Below are positions 54,208 through 64,000 of a stretch of DNA of 64,000 bases, in pieces. Within the stretch, counting starts at the first letter, position 1. The number at the start of each line of letters is the position of its first letter. The notes beneath the pieces were generated by a model, which was given only the letters and a program-made list of their open reading frames with translations, made no database searches and was not told where the DNA came from. This stretch comes from Paramecium tetraurelia (taxonomy: Eukaryota). The stretch is from positions 62,001 to 126,000 of the forward strand of contig CT868363.1 in NCBI GenBank assembly GCA_000165425.1. The letters run 5' to 3'. Position numbers and translations under genes: made by a program.

Positions 54208-54828
54208 TCAATCTTCCCTGACAGCCATAAGCAATTCGATTCCATCTTCCTTATAGATTGGAGCAATGGCGGCATAAAGTGGAACTTCTTTAAGCTCATT
54301 GCATTCGAAGGCAATTCCCTGATTCTCTCCATTTATTGAAAAAGATAACTAGCCCTTTTAAAATTGAATTAATTTGTTTGTACATCAATCATATTAAGCA
54401 TAACACCGATAATGTCTCCTTTCTTGTATTATTTGCCATATTTATTGCCAGTGGAATTAGAATTGTGTCTCAGTTCACCATTATAGATTGCCCATCCTTC
54501 TTCGTTATCACTGAAAGCTTGCTTAGGTGGAGCATTGAGTTTACATCTTAGAACAGCCCATTCTTGGTGCATACGCCAATCTTAATTAAACTGCCCTTCA
54601 AGATTTTAATCTCATAGTAATATTTATAACCTGGAGTGAATTCCTTAAAGTAGCAATCTTCATACCTAATCACCAATGGCACTTTTAAATCCAGATCCAT
54701 CAGTAGCTATCACTTATAATTGGTCCTGGCACAATTTCAATTTAGTACTAGTTCGTTTAGGGTCCCAAGAAAAAAGAGCTTGCTTAGCTGAAATTCTTAC
54801 GTAGAAGGTACCCATCTGGGTATTCCAT
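54208..54828 (-). CDS. SPRY-domain protein
   Basis: YYYEIKI..IKIGV..AFSDNEEGWAIY..YGKQYKKGDIIGVMLNM..LSFSINGENQGIAF..LYAAI. Confidence 0.88.
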
Positions 54829-54852
54829 TTTTATATATTTTTATTTAATTTA

Positions 54853-55550
54853 ATGTAAAAGCCATACATCGTGGTAGTCGGTGTCTCACTCTTTTTTATC
54901 ACTCTGTTCCTCATCAATGCAATCCATCAATATGATGAAATACCACAATAAACCCAAGAAGTCTAATACATAAAAGCCACAGATTTGCTAGCTGTTTAAG
55001 TTCCTTTGCCTTGGGAAATCAAATAGCCTGATGAAGAGCACTTAAAAATACTGGATCAAAATGAAACTGATATCATAGAAGGTTACTTTTAAACAAAAAA
55101 TCTAATTAGAAAAGAAATTCACCAATGGAATTACCAGGGAAGAATTAGGTCGCGCCGGATGGACTCTTTTGCACATGATCTCAGCCACTCTTCCAGTTGA
55201 TTTTGATGAGGAATTCACATTCAAAATCAATGTCTTTTTGAATCTATTGTAAGACAAAAATGCTATTTTTCCACGTTAGTGGACAGTTCTTCCCTTGTAA
55301 GGAGTGTGCAGGACATTTTCTGAATATGACCACCAATTTGCCATACGAAGGAACTACTAGAGTCGATTTCATGTAATATCTATGCATGTTGCATAACGAA
55401 GTTAATGAAAGATTGCATAAAGTAAATTTAAAATTATATCATAAGCCAAGTTTTAATTGCAGTGATATACATTAAAGATGGGGAGGAGATTGTGGTTGCA
55501 AGAGTGCCTTGGAAGAGAGCATTAAAAAATATAGTAAAGGGTAAAATTGA
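54853..55550 (+). CDS. Erv/ALR-family FAD sulfhydryl oxidase, Erv2-like
   Basis: ELGRAGWTLLH, PCKECAGHF, LCMLHNEVNERL, C-terminal DCGC; N-terminal membrane anchor. Confidence 0.9.
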
Positions 55551-56588
55551 TCATATAGATATATAATTCAATATTCTTAAGTCAAATCAATTAAATATTA
55601 TATTTTAATGATTAGAACAAAAATCGACTACTATATTTGGATTTCCACTTAAATAAAACATCTTCTAATTGATCTTGATATTAGATTCCCTTCATTATTG
55701 TTTAAATAGTCAATGGTCTATAATCAAATATAAAATATGTTTATGGAGTTAATCTCTACTTATATTTTATACTTTATAACACTAATATGTCTGATTAGGG
55801 TTTTGTGTTGAATTAAGTTAGCCTTCTCCCATAAACTAATTTTTAATGCAATGATCAATTTTGTTATTAATTACATAAGTTTTATTTTTATAATATTATT
55901 ATTTATATTAGCTTTAACAATCTATATGTTTTAACTACATATTATTAAAGGTATAAAAAGTAATCAAAAAGAATAATTATAACCTCATATTAATCCTAAT
56001 TTTCCATCAATAAATATTTATATATTATTAACCTTTAAAATATGAATTAAGCAATTAAGATAGCTCAATTACATAATTATTTTCAATTATCTGCTGTTGA
56101 TATTTTAAATACATCAAAATTTTTAGGGATTCTATTATTTTTAGATGTCAAAAAGTCGAAATTTTAAGAATTGCTTTGTAAACAATATTCTTAAATTTCC
56201 AATCGTAAGGATAAGGATTTTATCAATAAATGCTCTATTTAATGTATTATATTTTAGCAAAGATTTTATTCAAAATAAAATAGGATTTAGATCACTTAGA
56301 CTATGATGGAAATATTCCAATTGTAGATAACAATTTCATTTATGGTCTGAGTATGTAACATTCTTGATTTAAACCTTTAAGATTCTAATATTAAGTGTTA
56401 CAGTATAATTTTATAAAGAAATTGTTTAATTTTGAATTTAGTTGATTCAAATAAATGTTTAAGTATGGATTTTGAAGATGTGGAGAAAGACAATGATATA
56501 ATAAGGATTTATGTTATGAAACCTTTGGCATAGTCTAGATTTATAAAAATAATTATATATATACCAACATTAAAACGAAGAAATTTTA

Positions 56589-56598
56589 TTCCGTTTTT
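56589..56598 (+). promoter_or_regulatory. Candidate TMP upstream element TTCCGTTTTT
   Basis: 18 nt upstream of TMP ATG 56617; a partial inverted copy TAAAACGAA lies at 56571-56579. Confidence 0.65.
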
Positions 56599-56616
56599 GG
56601 TATTAATAAAATAAAT

Positions 56617-57748
56617 ATGAAAACATTTGTTGTAATTTGCCTCGTAGCAGCTGTGTTTGCACTTGACACAAACAAATTCGCCGTGCTTCTCCAAACAGGC
56701 ACAAGAGGAAATGATGCCGTTGAATCCGTTTACAATCTCTTAAGAGATTTGAAAACAGAAAATGTGAATGTGTAAGCTGCTGCTGACAAAAAGAACAATA
56801 CAGACGAAGGTAAATTGTATTTTAATGTGTAGAAATCTTTTCCCAAGTCATAGGTGATTTGACTAACGTTGCCTCACTCAACAAACAATAATGGGAAAGA
56901 CTTGGTGCTGTCAGAACAGATGTTGAAGATTAAGTCAGAGTAAGCAAAACAATTAATTCATTAAGGATGGATATTAATGGTTGGCCTGGGCTGAAGCCAG
57001 ACTTGCTGAAATCGTTAGAAGAAACAATTAACTCCAAGACTAAAGATGTTGGGCCAATGGACTTTTTGTTAAATCCCTCGCTGATCACGCCGATGCCATC
57101 GGAGTCGTCACACTCTTGACACAAGATGTTGCTGGTTTCCTCACAAACAATGCTGGAGTCGAACTCGTTGAAAAGGCTTAAACAATCGCCGATAAATTAT
57201 CAGCATACAGCCATCTTTTCTAATAAGATGCCATCGAAAAATTCCAATCACTTGCTGAAGTCAAGAGAGACGGCACAACCGGAGAATAAGTCCTCTAAAT
57301 CTTATAAGATTTATAAGTTGAATTAGAATCAACTCTTGCTACCTTATAAGAATAAGAAATCCATGCTGCATTCGCTCTTGCCAAATACGTTTCAGATACT
57401 AATGCCGAAGTTGCCTGGTTGACTTCAGAATAAGAAAGAAGAACCGGTCTTGTTGAGAAATTAGAAACTGTACAATAATGTGTTATAATTTGTATAGCAA
57501 CTCCCAGCCGTTCTTGCCTAATAAGCCAAAGCACTTAAACTCTGGAAGGATTCCTTGAACGCAGTTGCCGGAGCCACCGCCGATTTGGAAGAGAAAAGAG
57601 AATTCTATGCCTCCGAAACTGTCAGAAGAGCCGGTACCAATTATCACAATAATCTATAGAGGAAAATGCTATCATCGATGTTGTCATCTAATTGTTCAAA
57701 GACTAAGTCAGATCCTTAGCCTCATAAACCAGCCTTGGAAGAAAATGA
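56617..57748 (+). CDS. Trichocyst matrix protein precursor
   Basis: MKTFVVICLVAAVFA signal; LQTG..AVESVYNLLRDL; two-lobe helical layout with second lobe EQVLQILQDLQVEL; strong codon bias. Confidence 0.8.
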
Positions 57749-58643
57749 TTTCCATAATACAAATATATTCAATTTAAAAAATGATCAATTAGAGTTAATT
57801 GCTTTTCTTCATTCATCTCTTTTAGAATTAATTTTAAACATCTCAAAATTTTAGCTATTGATAAACATCTTTCCCTTCATTGAAATTTAAATCAAATACC
57901 TGAGAATCTAAATTTAGTGTTGTAATATTTCTATCAAAACTTGAAACTAAGAGACCATCTTTTATTTAAACAATATAACAATATACATATTACATGTTTC
58001 TTTAATCCTTCTAAAATAAGAGTACAAACTAACAAATTTGATATTATGTTTGGTCTCCCTAAAAATTAGATAAAAGTTTTAGAATTTGATGATACTTCTA
58101 ATTAGGTAGAACCTATAAGAACAAATGCAAATTTTGGATTTAATTCATTTGAACCAAATAAAAATTAAACTATTTTTGTAGACAAAATAAATTTTTATCA
58201 AATTTTAACAATAGTTTATAATTTTCTGAGTGGAGAAAACATAGAATTATTTTAGTTACTAAAAATTACAAACTTTAACTGAAATTTAATCATAATCAAG
58301 CTTGATAACCTGTATTCTAATTTTAGAATAGATTACTAAAAATTAAATTACAATTATGTTACATAGAAGGAAATGCTAATATCTCAAAAGAATAAGATTA
58401 TTAATTAAACCAATCAATTCGAAATACTTTCCAATTATTAAAAAGAATTTATTAGAATAAAGTTCTTTTTATTACTCTCTCCTTTAATGGAAAATTTGGA
58501 ATTCATAGTGATTTAAAAATAGATTTGTCATGATATCTATAGATAAGTCATCTATTTGATTGATTTTTCTACAAAATAATTTTTTATAAAATTTGACCCA
58601 TTTAAAGGGGGAAATATAAATTTTATTACACATAAATAAAATT

Positions 58644-59342
58644 ATGTTAACTTAATCTATCTTGAGCGTTGAATCCAGCAAGGTTTATAAACCGAAAACT
58701 AGTCAAATTGGGTTGTTATCAACCGCAATTAGCAAACTAGGTGACTCTAACTATACTACAAAAACCAGAGAGTCAACTAATATGTCTCCTGTCAGAATGA
58801 GATTATTCAGAGACTCCTCACCTAAGTAAAGCAAAGGCTTGTAGGGAGTAGTAGTTGGGGAATACCAGTATTAATCATAATTAATTTAGTGCTTTGACCC
58901 CTGCTCATGTTGTATTTAGTAGCATTCATAAAAGCACGTCTCCTATCAGATCAAATAGGAATTACAATGAATCTCCTTAAAGAGCCAAAGTTAGATTGGA
59001 TAGATTCAAGAATTGGGACTCAAAGTTAGGACTTGAGCTCCAAATCCAAAACACCAAATTCACTAGACTTAATAATGAATTATCATTTTCAAGTTACTAG
59101 CCTCATCATTTAGCCTCTAAATCATCTGTTTTCTTGGGTAACAATCAGAGTAGATTGGGTTTTGGAGGACACCAAAGTGATATTAGATTATTGAGTGCAA
59201 AATTGAATGCCATCCCACCTACTCAAATTGGAGCATTTACTGTCGGGTAAGAATTGAAGTATATATTTATAGACACAACCATGAATTGGCTGATTTACAA
59301 CAGTCCCTCACTAGAATCTTAAAATAAAGCCGATAGTATTGA
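58644..59342 (+). CDS. Hypothetical SP-rich basic protein
   Basis: Open frame MLTQSILSVESSKVYKPKTS... with two tiny introns, ending ILKQSRQY-TGA. Confidence 0.65.
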
Positions 59343-59380
59343 AATAAATTGAAAATTATATTATCTTAAAAGAATTTAAT

Positions 59381-59856
59381 ATGGATATAAAAATATAAAC
59401 TTAAAGCTAAACATTCTTGATTTATATTGAAAATTTAACTATTCGAGATCTTAAATGGAAACTAAAAAGACTAGGAATAGAATTGAACGACATAATGATA
59501 TAGTAAGACTTTGAAAGCATAAGTTTAGTTTTTATGATAACGATGGTGACAAAATTGTGATTATCGATGACAAAGATGTTGAGTATGCCTGTCAATAAGG
59601 AAACCGAAAATTTAGAAATAGAATTAAATTTTATATTTACTATAAGCTAAAGCAACCGAGAATAAACAATATGTAGAATCAAATTTGGGATCACAAAGAA
59701 TTAACCATATCGGATGGAAGTGAATAGATTCAAAAATCGAATAACTCGATAATCAATATACCTTCTTTTCCTTTAGTTGACAGTCGAGAAGACAAATTAA
59801 AGCAAATGATAGAAAATTACATTGATACTCTTTTGCTTGAATAGTATGAAATTTGA
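59381..59856 (+). CDS. PB1-domain protein
   Basis: MDIKIQ.. then OPCA motif YDNDGDKIVIIDDKDVEYA after a 26-nt intron. Confidence 0.75.
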
Positions 59857-59929
59857 TTTTATATATAAATATATATTTATGACTGTAATCCTGTATATTT
59901 ATTAATGTACTTCTGTGATGTATAATAAA

Positions 59930-60424
59930 TCATTTTCTGGCAGCTAAGGCAACTTGAGTTGCAATTCTATTTAGATCTTATTATCCTTCTTTGGTAACAA
60001 TTCTTGATCCTTTCTTTAAAAGGGATTTGTTATCTCTCTTCAAAACCTTAATTGTTTCCAATTATTAGAGTAAATATCTAATGACCTTTCCAGATCCAGA
60101 TTCGTGCTTTCCATTATCATTAACTGAGCCAAACATGTGAGTGAGATTTCCAACACCCTAAAGTCATTAATTGATTATTAATACCCAATGGCCTCTAACG
60201 TAAATTTTACGAGCAAGTGCTGCAGCTCTAACATACATCCAATCTTAATCAATTGGTGAGATCTCTTTTCCAAGTCCTGTCTTAACAATTGAAGCCCATT
60301 CTGGAATCTTGATCTTGTTATTTTTTTTCAAGTATTCTGCATAACCACGAATGAAATCTTAAGCTGGTACATCCTTTAATTAATGTCATGAGTTTACTTT
60401 GACGGTATAAAAAGGTGCTGACAT
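59930..60424 (-). CDS. RPS19: 40S ribosomal protein S19 (eS19)
   Basis: TVKDVPAQDFI..PEWASIVKTG..DWMYVRAAALARKIY..LQQLE..GQQDLNRIA; two introns. Confidence 0.97.
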
Positions 60425-61084
60425 TAGAAAAATTAAATTATTTTTTGAATATTTGCAAGATTTTAATTAATAATTAAACAACTTTATAAATACTAACAAT
60501 CCCAACTCTTGTCTTTCACACTCTAACATTAAATATTTATCATAAGCATTGCAGAATATATGAATTAACTAAAATTTTACAAATAATATCATTACTTATT
60601 TAATGGTTATATTAATTTTTGATTAATTTATTATATTAAATTTTCTAAGATTTTATAGAGGTTTTACAAAACAAATAATGAAAATATCCTTAAATAATGA
60701 CAAATCAATTCAAATTAATCGATAGTACGCTTTACAAAGAATAGTAATTTGAAATATTAAATAATAAAGAGTAAGTTTAAGTTAGATGAAAATGTTAGGG
60801 TAAGAATTGTGAAATATTCAAATAAATTATCAACCTAAGGTAGGGATGAGAGAAATAGAAAATTCTAGTTTTTGTTCATTTATACAGAAATTGCTGAAAT
60901 GGAGGATTTATGATAGTTAAAATAACATGCAATTAATAATGGAATTAGTGTAGGGAAGAAGACACAAATGTACAAAAATTGGATTGATTGGATGCTATGA
61001 ATAGTTGATTATATGATTTTAGTAATATTATATGAAAATGGGGATAAATATTTATAAAATAATTACATACATAAGCATTTTTCG

Positions 61085-61094
61085 ATCCGTTTTT
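61085..61094 (+). promoter_or_regulatory. Candidate TMP upstream element ATCCGTTTTT
   Basis: 19 nt upstream of TMP ATG 61114. Confidence 0.65.
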
Positions 61095-61113
61095 AAAACA
61101 TTAAATTAAATAT

Positions 61114-62301
61114 ATGCAAAAACTAGCCATCTTGACATTGGTTCTTGCTCTTGCAGCTTCCAAGTTTGTAGATACACATGCAAGCTTGGCTTAGATTGAT
61201 TCTAATCCATTTGGAAATGTTGTGTTGTCAGCAATCAAGGCACACTTATAAGCTTAAACACCAGCCAATGAAGTCAATATGTTATTGAATGGTGTTGCTG
61301 CTGGATTATAATAAGATTAAAATGACCATGATCACGCTTTTGAAGTTGATACAACCACAAACAATAGAGTAAGAATATTTAACAATGTAATAGGTCGTTG
61401 AGGATTTGGAAAAGGAAATCTTGTATCACTAAAATCAAATCTCATCCAACACTTAATTGAGAGATGACACAATCGAAGCTTTGGCTGTTTCTGAAGAAGA
61501 CATCAGAGTTACAATTTCAGACATTGCAACAAATGAATAAACTTATGCTAGAGAAGAAGCCACAAGAAACTAATAACACGAAACCTTCGTTGCCAAAGTT
61601 GCTGCCATCGATGATGTTATTGAAGCTATTGATGATGCTGCCAAACTCATCCAACATTTGAGCTTAGGTGCTTCATTTGTCTAAGTTAAATCAAAGTATG
61701 AAACAGTTCACAAGAGACTCACCGACAACACATCACACAGCCAACTCTTACAAGTAAGTTCTTTCTTTCTATTATCCACTTTAGCCAGTCGTTGTTGCTC
61801 TTACAGAATTAGCCACTCACGGAGTCAACCAAAAGGCTTTGACCAAGATTGCTTAATTATTGAGCGAAATCAGATAATAATTAGTCTCAGAAAAGGCTAC
61901 CAAGACTGTATTTAATTAATCTAATTATTAAGGACGTTGAAGACAGATAAGCTGCACACTGGGCTGAATTCAGCGTTCATTTGAGCAATGAACACACAAG
62001 ATTGGTTGAAAGAAAAGCTTAATTGGAAGTCTAAATCTAAGAATAAAAGGATACCATTGAAGATGCTTAATCATGGATCGAATTCCACACCTTGGAATTA
62101 GAAAACAGTGAAGAGAGACTTGCTGGATAATAAGCATGGTATGCAGTCTAATCAGAAATCTATGAAACCTAAACTGCTGAAAGGTAATATTTCATAATAT
62201 CCTATTTTAGAGCTGCTTAAAATGAAATCGTTGATAGACTTTAAGAACACATTAGTGAGAAATTATCAACCACCGCTCAATTCATCAGCAAAAGAAATTG
62301 A
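61114..62301 (+). CDS. Trichocyst matrix protein precursor
   Basis: MQKLAILTLVLALAAS signal; LAQIDSNPFGNVVLSAIKAHLQAQTPANEVNMLL; SFVQ linker motif; four introns. Confidence 0.88.
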
Positions 62302-62875
62302 TTTATTAAAAACAATAAATTATGAACAATAGTTCTTAGTTCAAATAGTTACACTTAAAATTTCTCGTTTGTTATATGAAATCTTCTTATTTCCGTCTAA
62401 TATAAAAACTAAAAATTGAATAACTATGTAGACTTAAATTAGTCTAACGCTATTTACAAAGTTTGGATATTATAATGGATCATAATTAGATCGAAATAAT
62501 ACAATTTATTTCTGTTTCTGGTTTGTAATAGATGTTGAAATAAATACCTATTTTTAATATAAATTTCTGATTGATTAATTTATCTTATTTAAGAACAATT
62601 ATTCTAAGTATATATATGGATAATTAATCACAATAATTGGGTTATAAATTGACATAAAATTAGTTCAATATTTTAAGGATTAGTTTAATATCAAATATTA
62701 TATTGCAGAACAATCTATTATGTTGAAAATAGCTTGCAATTTAGTATAAAGTGATCTTTGACTGTATTCATTAGTTTGTAAAAATTTGAAAATAAAAGCA
62801 ATAAAAAGTTAATGAATATATGAGATCATAAAATGTATAAATAACAAAATTGAGATAAATATTTCAGTTACACAA

Positions 62876-63097
62876 TCACTTTTCTTCTATGTTTTGATGT
62901 TCACTCTTTTTTTAGATCTCCAATAATGACTTTCTTTGTTTTTCTAATTATTTTCTTATTAATTCTAAATCATCTCTTGATATTCGCTTTAATAAATTAA
63001 GCCATTTAACTTCCATGTTGGTTAAATTGGTAACTTTATCATCTGATTCTTCCGAATAAGCTTGTGAGAAAGCCTATGAATGATTTTTTGAAGTCAT
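62876..63097 (-). CDS. Small hypothetical protein (73 aa)
   Basis: MTSKNHSQAFSQAYSEESDDK...VKWLNLLKRISRDDLELIRKQLEKQRK...-TGA. Confidence 0.45.
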
Positions 63098-64000
63098 ACT
63101 TAAATTTACTATTCAAATTAATTATTTTCTTAATTTACTACAATGAATGGGTTATATACTTATTCAATAAATCAAGGAAAAAAGTACATCATTATAAAGG
63201 TTCATTATTCGTTATAGATTATTAACTATTGATTAAAGTTGAGATTTAGTAGCAAATTGAAATTGTAAAATAAGATATTATTTTGTTCTATTTGACATTG
63301 ATGATAAGGCCATATTAGATTATAGACAGTTTATCAAACTTAATCTAAAACAAAGTTAATTGAGATATTAATTAATCATCAATTTAATATAAAAATGATA
63401 ATCATGAGGAGTAATTTCATTGAAAAAAGTTAATGCTTTTAGCTATAAACAAAGTGATATTAATGTTATTAGAAAATAAAACAATTTTTTGGAATGGAAA
63501 ACTCTACAGTATTTAGAGGTGATAAGTGTATCATAAATTACTTTAGATGATAAATCTATAATTTGGCAAATTCCCTTTATATCTGATATTTATTTAATTC
63601 CATTAAACTAAAGAGTAATAAGAATGGTTGCAGAAAAATTATAAATTATCTTAATTCCGAAATCAATCAATTTTGACTCAAAGGACAGCATTGTTAACTT
63701 GGCTCACCATAATTGTTTATTTGAAATAATTCTGATAATTAATGGCGAAAGGAGTAGATATATAATTAATGTTAAAAAATATATTCTTAGATACAATTTT
63801 ATTTAATTTGAATAAGAAAAAATAGTTTTTTACTCTGATAATTACCAAGAAGTATGTAAATTTATTTCAATAATTGAATGAGGATTATGTTTAAGAAATA
63901 ATCGATTATTTTGAAGATTTATTTGCAATAATAAGCGATGTCAAAATATTTCTAAAAAACAATGATGAATAAATTGGTTAATTGAGAACATAAGATATAA

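Noticed and set aside
1..64000. Frequent in-frame TAA/TAG suggesting mass pseudogenisation or readthrough
   Set aside because: Explained by translation table 6; conserved genes such as RPS19 and RPL35A read through cleanly.
1..64000. Telomeric repeats, retained IESs, transposons, tRNA/rRNA genes, CRISPR arrays
   Set aside because: None recognised by eye. Frame breaks examined were explained by tiny introns; short in-frame IESs cannot be excluded without germline data.

Overview
Gene-dense, very AT-rich eukaryotic DNA, almost certainly a Paramecium macronuclear chromosome segment. TAA/TAG encode Gln, TGA is the only stop, introns are tiny (about 20-30 nt, GT..AG) and intergenic gaps are often under 100 bp. 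The supplied standard-code ORF track is therefore fragmentary, and all genes were re-read by eye with the ciliate code; exon boundaries are approximate. About 37 protein genes are present. They include five trichocyst matrix protein (TMP) precursors, a Piezo channel, a four-domain cation channel with a D/D/D/D filter, PEX5, galactokinase, PFK2/FBPase2, a CDK, ANP32, RPL35A, RPS19, an ENTH protein, an Erv sulfhydryl oxidase, an HSF-type factor, a PAS membrane sensor, a bacterial-type D-Ala-D-Ala carboxypeptidase and an orphan 7TM protein. The most notable unannotated signal is a 10-bp motif, WTYCGTTTTT, found 16-54 nt upstream of the ATG of all five divergent TMP genes and noticed upstream of no other gene here. 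It is a candidate cis-element of the trichocyst biogenesis regulon.
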